From the NCBI GenBank assembly GCA_964452165.1, contig CAYVKP010000001.1, positions 490,729 through 554,728 on the forward strand: 64,000 bases of DNA, written 5' to 3'. This document shows positions 10,719 to 20,564 of the stretch, piece by piece. The DNA comes from an uncultured Gammaproteobacteria bacterium (GTDB lineage Bacteria; Patescibacteriota; Microgenomatia; Levybacterales; GWA1-39-11). Position numbers and translations under genes: made by a program. The first letter of the stretch is position 1. The number at the start of each line of letters is the position of its first letter. The notes under the pieces are model-generated. The model made no database searches and had not been told where the DNA came from. It was given only the letters and a program-made list of their open reading frames with translations.

Positions 10719-11703
10719 GTGACAGGATTGTACTAAAATGCTCAGCAATCTTTTTCTGACTTGCGAGCGAGGGATGTATGTCGTCTGAGAAATCTCCATT
10801 CACAAGCCAGCTGTAGGGATCTACAAAATACGCTCCATACTCATCCGAAATTTTTCTAATGATTCTGTTGTAGTTTTCAAGTTGGCCCTTGTCAATGTCT
10901 CTTCTTGGCAACGTTGATACTAGAAATATTTTTGCCCCTGAATTAAAGTGCTTAACGTCGCCAACAATCTTGTAATAATCGCGTTCAAAATTATCAAGAT
11001 TCACATTTCCTGCCGCGTCATTTGTCCCTAGAAAAATAATTATAGCATCAGACTTAAAGCTCAGCAGATCCTTTCTGTAGCGGTAAATCGCGTTGTCTAC
11101 GCCTTTCATTTGTGAGACGGTAGACTGTATTATGCTTGCATTGTGAAGTTCATATCCAATATCATCCGCTAAAATCTGACTATAGTTATCTTTTCCGTAG
11201 ACCGTTGAAATGGAATCACCCAAAACTGATAGAATCTTATTGTGGAGTCTATATTGGAATAGATGAGCGTTTCCTTCAAGATATATTCCCTTCATTCTGA
11301 TCTGGCAAGGAAAATAAAAATGACTGCACGTGTGCCTGACGGTTACTGTATGGGCTGATGTTTTATCTACCGAGATGGACAATTTTTGGCTATCAAGGTT
11401 TGGAGATGAGAGAGAGTAGCCTTTTCCATCAACGAAAATTTCAACTCCCTGATCGGATTTTGATGTAGTCTCAAACTCAAAGTCTACCTCGCGGCTTCGG
11501 GAGAACATGAAATTTAGTTCGCTTCCCGCGTATAGGCTTTCGTTGTCTTTCCAACCGACACCTCGGTTGATTAGACTACTGTCTGCAAAGTTCTTAATTC
11601 CTTGAGCAGCTGGCGTGTGGGCGTATGTCAAAAACGACACTACAAGAGTTAATGCCACAATAACCAGAAGTCTAGTGCTGCTATCTGATAACTTTTTTCT
11701 CAT
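10705..11703 (-). CDS. SGNH/GDSL-family hydrolase (secreted esterase/acylhydrolase)
   Basis: Signal/TM N-terminus, then VLGDSIS (block I), FLGTNDA (block III) and DDIHPS (block V DxxH). Confidence 0.65.
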   Translation of the reverse strand: MRKKLSDSSTRLLVIVALTLVVSFLTYAHTPAAQGIKNFADSSLINRGVGWKDNESLYAGSELNFMFSRSREVDFEFETTSKSDQGVEIFVDGKGYSLSSPNLDSQKLSISVDKTSAHTVTVRHTCSHFYFPCQIRMKGIYLEGNAHLFQYRLHNKILSVLGDSISTVYGKDNYSQILADDIGYELHNASIIQSTVSQMKGVDNAIYRYRKDLLSFKSDAIIIFLGTNDAAGNVNLDNFERDYYKIVGDVKHFNSGAKIFLVSTLPRRDIDKGQLENYNRIIRKISDEYGAYFVDPYSWLVNGDFSDDIHPSLASQKKIAEHFSTILSPILK

Positions 11704-11906
11704 GAAGCAATTTATGTAATTATACTGGTTTCAATAAACGTAGACAATATTGATCGGGTTGTATTCTGTCTCATCAGTTCGTGCTTTACAAAGAAAATTA
11801 ACATTGATATAGTTAATAAAATTTTAAATACATTACATTCATCTGCCATATAAGCTTACAGAGCTGCTCGTAATGGAAATCTTAAAACCGGAAATATTCA
11901 CCTAAG

Positions 11907-14216
11907 ATGAATTTATTAAGAAAGAACTCTTTTATAGTTATAAACATTGTTGTAGTTTTGCTCTTATTTTCTCTCCCTTATTATTTGTTTGGTGGGAAGT
12001 TATTTCTGGGAGGTGACGATACAAGACTTTTTTATATTTATCCTAAGGATTATTTAGTCAACGTCCCGTTTTTTTCTTGGACCAATTTATCTTCAATAGG
12101 TTGGAGCTTTTCATACCAAACATTTATTCCGTTCGTTTCCGTGTGGGTCATACTTTCGGAAGTTATAAGAAATAAAATTATTTTAGGATATTTCTCTTTC
12201 TCTCTACCTTTGGTTTTAGGGTTCGTTTTTTTCCAAGAGTTTACACGCGAGCTAATAATTGAGAACAAAGATAAATATAAACCGGAGATATTGGCGGGCG
12301 CTCTTTTTTATACTCTCTCCCCTATAATAATAAATAATCATTTCCTTAATCCTCTCATACCCATATGGCTAATCGGTTTGATTCCCGCACTTTGTTGTTA
12401 CTTTTTAAGATTTCTGAAAACGGGCGAGTACAAAAATGTTTTCATATCAATTATTCTTACTACTATTTTTTCATTCGGCTCTCACAATATTCCTTGGCTC
12501 GCGGGGTTTCTGATGCCACTCGTTCTTTCTCTCGTGGTGTGTTCAGTTCTATTCAGTAAACACGACGTTTACACTTTCATAAAAAGGATTGCCATTTTTT
12601 CTACAATTACTTTGGTCTCTCAGGCCTTTTGGTTATTTGGCTTCGTAATTACGTTTATAAATCCGAGTAGCAGCAACGTTGCCTCAAAGGTTGTCTCGGG
12701 AAGCTTTGTTAATGATTTTGCAAGGTCGGTTGAAGCGACATCTGTCGGGACAATTATTTATCCTCTCTTAAATCTTTACCAAAGACAAATCGCTTTCGAC
12801 TTCGGTTGGAATTTGAAGAATATTTACCAATTATTCTATGACAAAATCTATTTCTTAAATGTCATCTATATAGCAATCCTGTTTTCAGGAATTTTAAATC
12901 TTGCAAAGAATACGAGTAGGCTGGAGCGGAAAATATTCTTAATTCTTCTATCTGCGTTCATTATTGCTCTCTTCTTGTTTACAATAAATATTGGCTCGCT
13001 TTTTAATTTTTACATTTGGCTCGGACACATTCCGGGGTTTGTATTATTCAGAAATCCGTATGATAAATTTGCTCTCGGATATGGACTCATCTATTCACTT
13101 TTAATCACGTACTGCCTTATTATATTGAACCGCAAGTATAAGAAGATAAACTTCACAGGGCTTTCAATTGTCGTAGCATTTTTTGTAGTCGTCATGATCA
13201 ACGCTTTGCCTACAAGGGCAATAATCGTCTCTCCGTTATGGACCACTAAGAATATTTATAAAAACATTATTATTCCTAAAGAGTATTTTGATTTTATGAC
13301 ACAAATAAAGACTAAGATTTCACCCTCGAATAATATACTGAGTTTACCTTACGGTTTGTCGTTATACACAATCATAAAAGATCAAAGTTCAAATAACGTT
13401 TATGCCGGCGTCTCGCCCGTCGTAATGTTTAGTGGCGTAAACGATATCTCAGGATACTTATCATTTAATTACACCCCCGAAGCAACTGCGTTCGATCGCG
13501 CCATAGTGGGCAGAGACTACAACGGCATGAATAATATTCTATATACGCACAACATAAATTATGTATTTTTAACAAAAAATATACCCGAGGAAGTGAAAAA
13601 ATCCTATCTTTTCGTGCCTGAAGTTATGAAAAATCAGGATGGGGAATTTCTCTCCAAAATAACTTCAAAAAAAATCATAACAAGCACTGAGGGCAATTAC
13701 GAACTTTATGAAGCAAAAAAAAGAAACCTTCAAATCGCTTCGGATAACTCTCTTTTTAAAAGAGTAAGTAGGGTAAGATACGAGATTTTAATAAAAAATA
13801 TTAAGAGTAGGCAAGAGTTGGATTTCAATGATACCTTCCATGAGGGTTGGAAACTATATTTACAGCGTGGGGCGTTCAACTGCCAAGATCCTAAGAAAAT
13901 AACCGAACTTAAGACAGTTGAATGTCAACCTGATCCTAAAATGTTTGAGCCAAGTGACTTGACCTATCTATGGCAAAAAAGTGTTTTTGATAAGTCTCAC
14001 AGTATTAAGAATGGCTTTTCCAATAAGTGGGTGATTGACCCCGTTTTTATTAAGAGAAGCGTAGACAAAAAACTCTATACGTTGAATAAGGATGGTTCGA
14101 TTGATCTACGACTGACTTTGTACTTTGAACCTCAAGAGTATTTTTACATAGGTGGTCTGATCAGTATTTTGACTATTGGGTCACTATTTATTTTTGTTGT
14201 TTTTAGACGAAAATGA
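11907..14216 (+). CDS. Polytopic membrane protein, GT-C-like glycosyltransferase candidate (paralog A2)
   Basis: [15 protein letters not shown] after TM1. It aligns along its length with 7430..9703 (GYFSFS..LVLGF.FFQ.F.R.LI; C-terminal DGSIDLRLTLYFEPQEYFYIGG + TM). Confidence 0.45.
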   Translation: MNLLRKNSFIVINIVVVLLLFSLPYYLFGGKLFLGGDDTRLFYIYPKDYLVNVPFFSWTNLSSIGWSFSYQTFIPFVSVWVILSEVIRNKIILGYFSFSLPLVLGFVFFQEFTRELIIENKDKYKPEILAGALFYTLSPIIINNHFLNPLIPIWLIGLIPALCCYFLRFLKTGEYKNVFISIILTTIFSFGSHNIPWLAGFLMPLVLSLVVCSVLFSKHDVYTFIKRIAIFSTITLVSQAFWLFGFVITFINPSSSNVASKVVSGSFVNDFARSVEATSVGTIIYPLLNLYQRQIAFDFGWNLKNIYQLFYDKIYFLNVIYIAILFSGILNLAKNTSRLERKIFLILLSAFIIALFLFTINIGSLFNFYIWLGHIPGFVLFRNPYDKFALGYGLIYSLLITYCLIILNRKYKKINFTGLSIVVAFFVVVMINALPTRAIIVSPLWTTKNIYKNIIIPKEYFDFMTQIKTKISPSNNILSLPYGLSLYTIIKDQSSNNVYAGVSPVVMFSGVNDISGYLSFNYTPEATAFDRAIVGRDYNGMNNILYTHNINYVFLTKNIPEEVKKSYLFVPEVMKNQDGEFLSKITSKKIITSTEGNYELYEAKKRNLQIASDNSLFKRVSRVRYEILIKNIKSRQELDFNDTFHEGWKLYLQRGAFNCQDPKKITELKTVECQPDPKMFEPSDLTYLWQKSVFDKSHSIKNGFSNKWVIDPVFIKRSVDKKLYTLNKDGSIDLRLTLYFEPQEYFYIGGLISILTIGSLFIFVVFRRK

Positions 14217-15199
14217 AACTTAAAGTTCGCGCAAACATCTTGAATATAGCAAAGCTCGTAATCGTTGGTCTATTGCTGATTTTTTGGGTAGTCTCATCAC
14301 TTTTGTTTGTAAACCACCTCAGCTTTACTATCGTAACGTTTCAAACTAGAAATGACCTTCAGATAAAGAATAGTACAGTTGATGTTGATGAGAGGAACGT
14401 TTACGAAGGGCAGTTTACTTCCCGCGATAACAATTTGGGACTCATAATCCTTGAAATTGAAAAATATAAAAACCCCGCATTTGGTAAAGAAGGTATTGTT
14501 GCTTTTAAGCTCCAAGAAAAGGGTAAAAATGACTGGGGTTTTCAGAAAGAATATAGTAGCGGATTATTCGATAGCCAATCTGAGTTTGCGTTTGGTTTCC
14601 CGCCAATTCCCGATTCAAAAGGCAAAATATACCTCTTTCAGCTGTCGTTAAAGGGGGAGGCCGACAATAAGATGAAACTTGAGGCCAATAACTACATTGT
14701 AACTGGATATCAATATTCAAAGTCGGAGATACGAAAAAACAAACTTCAGGCGATTGAATTTATCTTCAATAAAACACTCGGATCATTCACGGATACAGGA
14801 TTTGTTATTAAATCGCTCAAATATCTGTTCCCTCTAGCTCTCTTTTTGATTGGGTTTTTTGGTTTGAAGAATATCCGGATTCGTTTCAAAAAAGAGCACT
14901 TAAAAATACTTTTTGTAGGGATGGTTTTATTTGAATTGTTGTTTTCAAAATATATTCGCGTAGAAGGGTTTTATGTGTTGTTGGCGCTTTGGATATTAGC
15001 AATAGCAGTTTATGAAATTAAGAGTCGTGTATCGTTTATTTTAGGCTTTTTACTTATTACTCTTTGGGCTTGTATAATTCCCTTAGGACAGAAGAGTTTG
15101 GAGAGTAATTTAAATGTATGGATCTATGCGTTATTTGTAATCGGTTTTATTCAATTATTAATTGAAGAGAGGAGCAATAATGAGAAAAAGAAGCCTTAG
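14213..15199 (+). CDS. Membrane protein of unknown function (paralog B2)
   Basis: Same architecture as 9693..10718, with matching sequence blocks (GLIILEIEKY...VAFKLQEKGKNDWGFQ...FAFGFPPIPDSKGKIYLFQLSLKGE). Confidence 0.5.
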   Translation: MKLKVRANILNIAKLVIVGLLLIFWVVSSLLFVNHLSFTIVTFQTRNDLQIKNSTVDVDERNVYEGQFTSRDNNLGLIILEIEKYKNPAFGKEGIVAFKLQEKGKNDWGFQKEYSSGLFDSQSEFAFGFPPIPDSKGKIYLFQLSLKGEADNKMKLEANNYIVTGYQYSKSEIRKNKLQAIEFIFNKTLGSFTDTGFVIKSLKYLFPLALFLIGFFGLKNIRIRFKKEHLKILFVGMVLFELLFSKYIRVEGFYVLLALWILAIAVYEIKSRVSFILGFLLITLWACIIPLGQKSLESNLNVWIYALFVIGFIQLLIEERSNNEKKKP

Positions 15200-15854
15200 A
15201 AATACCTACGGCTATGGGCTATTTTTGCAAAAACAAAACCAAGTTTTCAGGGAGGACTTGTATAAAAGGTTGGAAGTTAAAAAAACTTTCGCAAATAAAA
15301 AAATTTTAGACTTAGGCTGTGGTGACGGTATAGACTCGGTGTTTTTGTCAAAATCTGCAAAGCTTGTAATAGGAGTCGATGTGATTGCCTACAGGCAGTG
15401 GCCATCATTAACAAATAAAAGATTAAGGTTTACTAAGGCTAATTCTACAAACCTTCCTTTTAGAGATAACACCTTCGACGGAGTTTACTTGAAAGATATG
15501 TTGCATCACATTAAGAACGTAGAAAAAACCCTGGAGGAGATCAAGCGTGTGACAAAGGCCGGTGGTGACATTGTAATACTTGAAGCAAATAGATATAACC
15601 CGATCTTCTATTTTTACGCTACCAAAATTAGGGGTCACGACCATTTTTCGCAAGGAGAGTTCAAAAATTTAATCAAAAGTAAATTTCCAAAGACTCGCTT
15701 CATTCATCTGGAGGCTTACCCACCTTTTCGTTTGCCAATGATCGTCTATAAGCTTGTTCAGAAGCTTGAGAACGGAATTAACAAGATACATCTTCTTGAT
15801 CCCATTTTTTCATACAACTTGGCAAAAATAAAAAACACTAAACAAAAGACTTGA
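15162..15854 (+). CDS. Class I SAM-dependent methyltransferase
   Basis: ILDLGCGDGIDSVFL (motif I), DGVYLKDMLHHI and TKAGGDIVILE. The true start may be the internal Met at ~15180. Confidence 0.6.
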   Translation: MKRGAIMRKRSLRNTYGYGLFLQKQNQVFREDLYKRLEVKKTFANKKILDLGCGDGIDSVFLSKSAKLVIGVDVIAYRQWPSLTNKRLRFTKANSTNLPFRDNTFDGVYLKDMLHHIKNVEKTLEEIKRVTKAGGDIVILEANRYNPIFYFYATKIRGHDHFSQGEFKNLIKSKFPKTRFIHLEAYPPFRLPMIVYKLVQKLENGINKIHLLDPIFSYNLAKIKNTKQKT

Positions 15855-17700
15855 GGAGACTTGCCCGATTTTTTACCAGGTATAAAATCCAGAAGGAAAA
15901 AGTGGAAATGGAGACTATTAGACCGTAATAAAAGGGCGTGGAGGAATAAATAAATTTATAAACATGATTGCCCGGGACTGTTTCGACTTCCAAAAATCTT
16001 CCGACTAATAATTCCTGTTTTTTACCGTCCACAAACGCGTTCCAGCCGGGATATTTACTTTCAAGCAGTAATAAGTGTTTTTTACCCTCTGAATTGGCAG
16101 ATAGAGTTATCTCATTTACTGAAAAAACGGGCCTTTGAGGTTCTTTATCAATAGCTGCAAATGGCGTTGCCCCAGAATCCTTATAAAGAATGATATTCTT
16201 ATCGAATTCTCTTATTTTTTCAAGCTCCGCGTTTTCAATATTAGTTTTGCTAATGACAAATCCGGGTTTTAAGTCTACGTAAGATTTTTCTTCCCTAAAA
16301 TTATATTTTTCAGCCAAGCTTCCTTTCAGTATTAATCCATAGTTAGATTGCAGCATAAGTAGATGATGGAGATAGGCCTGGTCTTGGGGAATATCGCCTT
16401 GTGATGTGGCGTGAACGGTATAGTAGCTATTTGGGTTATTGTTTGCAATCCACACAAGTGGAGCTGTCGTCTCTTGGTTAATATTGCCGAATTCTTTTGT
16501 TGCTAAGATTTTTTGTGAGAAGGCGAATACCACAACTAGATTTAAAATCAAAACTACAATTGCAATAATCTTTCTTTTCCATGCATCAACTAACAATCCG
16601 AAAGAAAGCAGAATTATTATTCCCCAAAGCGCAAGTATTCTACTTGGAACATGGAAGTACTGCAGAGTACTGATGCTTGAAATAATGTAATAGAGCGGGT
16701 TGATAGGTGCATCGGGCGTTGAAAGCAGCAAAAATAAAATTGTTAGAACGATAAGAATTGGTATTTTTCCACTGGATTTTGTAAGTGAGGATTTGGCCAG
16801 GAAGTATAATCCCAGAATAGAAAACGGACCAATAAAAGAAAGACTTTCCCACCAACCGAATCCCGTCGATATAGCGTTTTTACTTACAATATTCAGATCG
16901 AACGGAAAAAATAAATTATATATAATGCTGAAGAAATTCAATCCCCCATTGAAAGGCTCCTTCGTTTTGGATATATAATTTTGCAGCTCTATCATCGGAA
17001 AGATTTTGATAGAGGAGAATAATAAGAAGAAGATGACGGTTAACATCAATAATAAAGAAACCTTTTTGTCCTTGAGCAGGTAATATAAAAAAATTGCAGC
17101 TGTGCCGTACAAACAATAAAGGCAATTGTATATATCGCCCGTGAAAAGAATTAATGAAAGAGTGATTGCGGCAAGTCCGGCCCACAATATTTTTCTGTCT
17201 TGAGATATTTTCACAATACAAAATAGAAACAAAGGGAGGAAGCCAAACGACACTACTTTTTCAATATGACCCGCAGCAACTCTTGACGCCAAATATGTAC
17301 CGCTTGCGTAAGTCATGGATATTAATGTAGAAACGGTTGGCGAAGTTTTATAGAGTCTTGCAAGACAAAACATTGATAAACACGCCAACAACACGGAAAA
17401 AAAATAAGTGACTTTTATGGCAGTGGAGTAATCAAAGATAAGAATAGGAATACTGATAACCGGATTGTATATTCCATACAACGGGTCGGCGATGGCAGGA
17501 ATTCCCTGATCAATATAGGGGTTCCACTGAGGAAACTTATGGTGCTTAATAACTGATTCTTTAAAGTGCAGAAGTGGTACAATGTTGCCATTGAGGTCAT
17601 TGCCGTTTATGACGGTGGGGCTTAGAATAAATTGTAATAAGACAAGCCAACTGAAGATAAAAAATAGAATAAAAACTTTAAGATTCATGAATAATTTCAA
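15838..17700 (-). CDS. Polytopic membrane protein, GT-C-like (paralog A3, minus strand)
   Basis: More than 12 predicted TM helices with an acidic motif after TM1. The C-terminal soluble domain plus terminal TM (VYKFIYSSTPFYYGLIVSISTF) resembles the tails of the A1/A2 paralogs. Confidence 0.4.
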   Translation of the reverse strand: MKLFMNLKVFILFFIFSWLVLLQFILSPTVINGNDLNGNIVPLLHFKESVIKHHKFPQWNPYIDQGIPAIADPLYGIYNPVISIPILIFDYSTAIKVTYFFSVLLACLSMFCLARLYKTSPTVSTLISMTYASGTYLASRVAAGHIEKVVSFGFLPLFLFCIVKISQDRKILWAGLAAITLSLILFTGDIYNCLYCLYGTAAIFLYYLLKDKKVSLLLMLTVIFFLLFSSIKIFPMIELQNYISKTKEPFNGGLNFFSIIYNLFFPFDLNIVSKNAISTGFGWWESLSFIGPFSILGLYFLAKSSLTKSSGKIPILIVLTILFLLLSTPDAPINPLYYIISSISTLQYFHVPSRILALWGIIILLSFGLLVDAWKRKIIAIVVLILNLVVVFAFSQKILATKEFGNINQETTAPLVWIANNNPNSYYTVHATSQGDIPQDQAYLHHLLMLQSNYGLILKGSLAEKYNFREEKSYVDLKPGFVISKTNIENAELEKIREFDKNIILYKDSGATPFAAIDKEPQRPVFSVNEITLSANSEGKKHLLLLESKYPGWNAFVDGKKQELLVGRFLEVETVPGNHVYKFIYSSTPFYYGLIVSISTFSFWILYLVKNRASLLKSFV

Positions 17701-17721
17701 TTGTATTATAGCATCAAGTAA

Positions 17722-19773
17722 ATGATAAGAAGACCTTCATTTTTATTGAATTTATTTAAAGACAGAAGCCGTTTTTTTACAGGTTTAATACTCTTCATAA
17801 TCGCATTAATATTTAGGGGGTGGTTCCACTTGTTGCCGTTATCAACGGGGGATTGGAGCTATAAGTTTCCCCAGACAATTTTAGATTTTAAATTATATCC
17901 GTATGCTTGGGGCCCAACTTTTAATAATGGCATGGGTGGTAGTACTATTTTTCTTCTTCCTCTTAACACTTTCTTTGTAGGTTCTGCGTCAATTCTATTC
18001 AGCTTTTTCCACCTGCCATGGGTTTTGATTGAGAAGTTGGTTTGGTTTTGGCCATATCTTATTATTGCCGTTTCCGGTTCATACTTTCTGTTTAGAAGAT
18101 TTGTAATAAATGATAATATGCTCGCTCTTGTTTCCTCTCTAATCTTTACCACAAACACTTATTCGCTCATGGTCACAGGAGGAGGGCAAATTGGGGTGGG
18201 AGCAGCTTATGCTCTTATTCCGTGGGTGTTTTGGGGTTTTCTCAATACCTTGGAGAGTACGCGTAAACACGGATTGATCACTAAATCTTCTATTGTCGCG
18301 GGTCTGATATTATCGCTTCAATTGGTGTTTGATTTGCGAATCGTTTACGTTACGCTCGTATCACTTTCCATATACTATTTGTTTTATGTTTTATCTTCCG
18401 GATTCTTTGAGTCGATCAAGAAAAGCATTGTGCCCTTTTTCATCGTTCCTGGCGTAATAACTTTATTCCTCCATTTTTTCTGGATACTTCCGCTCATATT
18501 GGCAGGGCAAAATCCGGTGAGCGCACTGGGCGCAGCCTACACCGGTTCTGGGATAGTAGACTTTTTGAGTTTTGCAAAACTTGAGAATACTATTTCCCTG
18601 CTTCACCCAAATTGGCCCGATAATTTGTTTGGGAAAGCCTATTTTATGAGACCCGAATTTTTAATAGTTCCTATCTTGGGGTTCGGGTCTCTGCTCTTTT
18701 CGCCAAAAAATAAGAAGGCCAGTTTGATTTTAGTTTTTTGTACTCTCTCTCTTTTGGGAGCTTTTCTTTCAAAGGGTACAAATGATCCTTTCGGTAGCAT
18801 CTATAAATTGGCTTTTGAGAAGGTTCCCGGTTTTATCATGTTCCGCGATTCAACTAAATGGTACGGTATGACGGCGTTATCTTTCTCGCTGCTCATTCCT
18901 TATTTCTTGTTTAATCTTTCGGAGGTAGTCAAAAGAAAGATAAAAAAAATAGACGTGCTTAGTATATTGGTTTTAATATTTTTAGCGCTTTGGAGTTTCA
19001 CTATAAGGCAGGCTGTCATGGGAGAAGTTAAGGGAACATTTGCACCTCAAAAATCACCTCAACAGTACGCACAATTAACAAACTTTTTGGACTCACAAAA
19101 AGAATTCTTCAGAGCACTTTGGGTTCCATCTTTTCATCAGTATACTTATATGTCGTCCAGTCATCCGGCTATTCCTGCCGGAGATTTTCTAAATGCATAT
19201 TCAGCAAAAACAATTGCCCAAAAAATCCGAAAAAGCCCGAATTTGCTTGCGGATTCGAGCATAAAGTATTTAATTGTTCCGGACGACGTTTACGGTAAGA
19301 TATTTACGGACGACAGAAAATATAGTGACAAGCTTTATCAGGAGCAGGTCAGTCTCTTAAATGGCATAAGTGGCTTAAGAAAAGTAGCCAAGTTTGACAA
19401 TATTGTTGTTTATGAAAACGCCAGTTTCAAAGACCATTTTTGGAGTCGTACTAATAACCTTAAAATAAAATATAGGTCAATCACCCCAACCATGTATCAG
19501 GTTTGGGTAGATGATGCTAAAAAAGGAGACACGCTGGTTTTTTCTGAAGCATTTGACAAGAATTGGGTAGCCGCTGTTTCAGGTGTTAATATTTCGAGCT
19601 TGAAGTACGAGAGTTCACTCAACAGCTTTGTTTTGCCAAGAGATGGGAATTTTGTTTTAACGATTGCATACAAACCGCAAAGGTTCGTTGACATAGGGTT
19701 GATTGTGAGCGCGGTAAGTCTTTTTGTAGTGTTAATGGTTTTAACCATGAATAAGTCTAAGATTAAAAAATGA
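17722..19773 (+). CDS. Polytopic membrane protein, GT-C-like (paralog A4)
   Basis: Multi-TM N-terminal half with STGDW after TM1. The C-terminal domain ends ...TIAYKPQRFVDIGLIVSAVSLFVV (TM), the same tail pattern as A1/A2. Confidence 0.4.
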   Translation: MIRRPSFLLNLFKDRSRFFTGLILFIIALIFRGWFHLLPLSTGDWSYKFPQTILDFKLYPYAWGPTFNNGMGGSTIFLLPLNTFFVGSASILFSFFHLPWVLIEKLVWFWPYLIIAVSGSYFLFRRFVINDNMLALVSSLIFTTNTYSLMVTGGGQIGVGAAYALIPWVFWGFLNTLESTRKHGLITKSSIVAGLILSLQLVFDLRIVYVTLVSLSIYYLFYVLSSGFFESIKKSIVPFFIVPGVITLFLHFFWILPLILAGQNPVSALGAAYTGSGIVDFLSFAKLENTISLLHPNWPDNLFGKAYFMRPEFLIVPILGFGSLLFSPKNKKASLILVFCTLSLLGAFLSKGTNDPFGSIYKLAFEKVPGFIMFRDSTKWYGMTALSFSLLIPYFLFNLSEVVKRKIKKIDVLSILVLIFLALWSFTIRQAVMGEVKGTFAPQKSPQQYAQLTNFLDSQKEFFRALWVPSFHQYTYMSSSHPAIPAGDFLNAYSAKTIAQKIRKSPNLLADSSIKYLIVPDDVYGKIFTDDRKYSDKLYQEQVSLLNGISGLRKVAKFDNIVVYENASFKDHFWSRTNNLKIKYRSITPTMYQVWVDDAKKGDTLVFSEAFDKNWVAAVSGVNISSLKYESSLNSFVLPRDGNFVLTIAYKPQRFVDIGLIVSAVSLFVVLMVLTMNKSKIKK

Positions 19774-19988
19774 AACCACAGGATATTTTATTTTTTATTG
19801 TAATTGCCGGACTATTGATGACTCGAAAGCCCAAGCTTCTTGTCGCCGCGGGCATTATTTGTCTTGTTTTCTCTGTTCCCTTATTTGCTTTCTGGATTTT
19901 CTTTACAGCGCAACGCTTAGTTTATTACGCTTTTGGGTTTATTTTGGTCGCCTCGGTTTCAATTCTGCTTCGAAGACCACAAAATTGA
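19770..19988 (+). CDS. Small two-TM membrane protein
   Basis: 72 aa, two hydrophobic helices, 4-nt overlap with the upstream gene. Confidence 0.3.
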   Translation: MKPQDILFFIVIAGLLMTRKPKLLVAAGIICLVFSVPLFAFWIFFTAQRLVYYAFGFILVASVSILLRRPQN

Positions 19989-20024
19989 TTTGTTCGGGAG
20001 CCTGATTATATATATAATAAGGAA

Positions 20025-20564
20025 ATGAGAATAGGAATCGATGTTAGCCAGCTTGCTTACCAGAATACCGGAGTAGCAAATTATCTTTCTGATTTGGTTT
20101 TAAAACTTATTGATACCGACCGGGACAACGAATATATTCTTTTTTTTTCAGCCTTACGAAGGAGATTGCCAATCAGTTTTGAAGAGAAGGTTAGAGAGTT
20201 GGCAAACGTACGGCTTAAAAAGTTTAGCATGCCTCCCGCGGTTCTTGACGTAATCTGGAATAGACTGCACATTCTTCCTATAGAAAACTTGCTTGGAGGG
20301 CTTGATGTTTTTTTGACTTCAGATTGGGCAGAGCCACCCGTACGCAGGGCCAAGAAGATTACAATTATCTATGACCTTATTGTCTATAAACATCCTGAAG
20401 AAACTGATCAAAAAATTATATCAGTTCAAAAGAGAAAGCTTGCCTGGGTAAAAAAAGAGAGCAATATTGTATTTTGTATCTCAGAATCAACTAAAAGTGA
20501 TGTCGAAAACATATTGGGAATTCAAAGTTCTAACGTTAAGGTTATTTATCCTGGAATATTATGA
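20025..20564 (+). pseudogene. Truncated GT4 glycosyltransferase, N-terminal (acceptor) domain only; possible gene remnant or split gene
   Basis: MRIGIDVSQLAYQNTGVANYLSDLVLKL...NEYILF parallels the N-terminus of the full GT4 at 29860 (MKIGIDCRLAKQTGVGRYTRNLIINLLKLDKKNEYVLF). It stops after ...VKVIYPGIL, before any GT-B C-terminal (donor-binding) domain. Confidence 0.4.

Noticed and set aside
17701-17721. 21-bp gap between divergently oriented GT-C-like genes as a possible bidirectional promoter
   Set aside because: It is too short to hold two promoters. The promoters must lie inside coding sequence, or the minus-strand gene uses a downstream start. Nothing specific can be shown from sequence alone.
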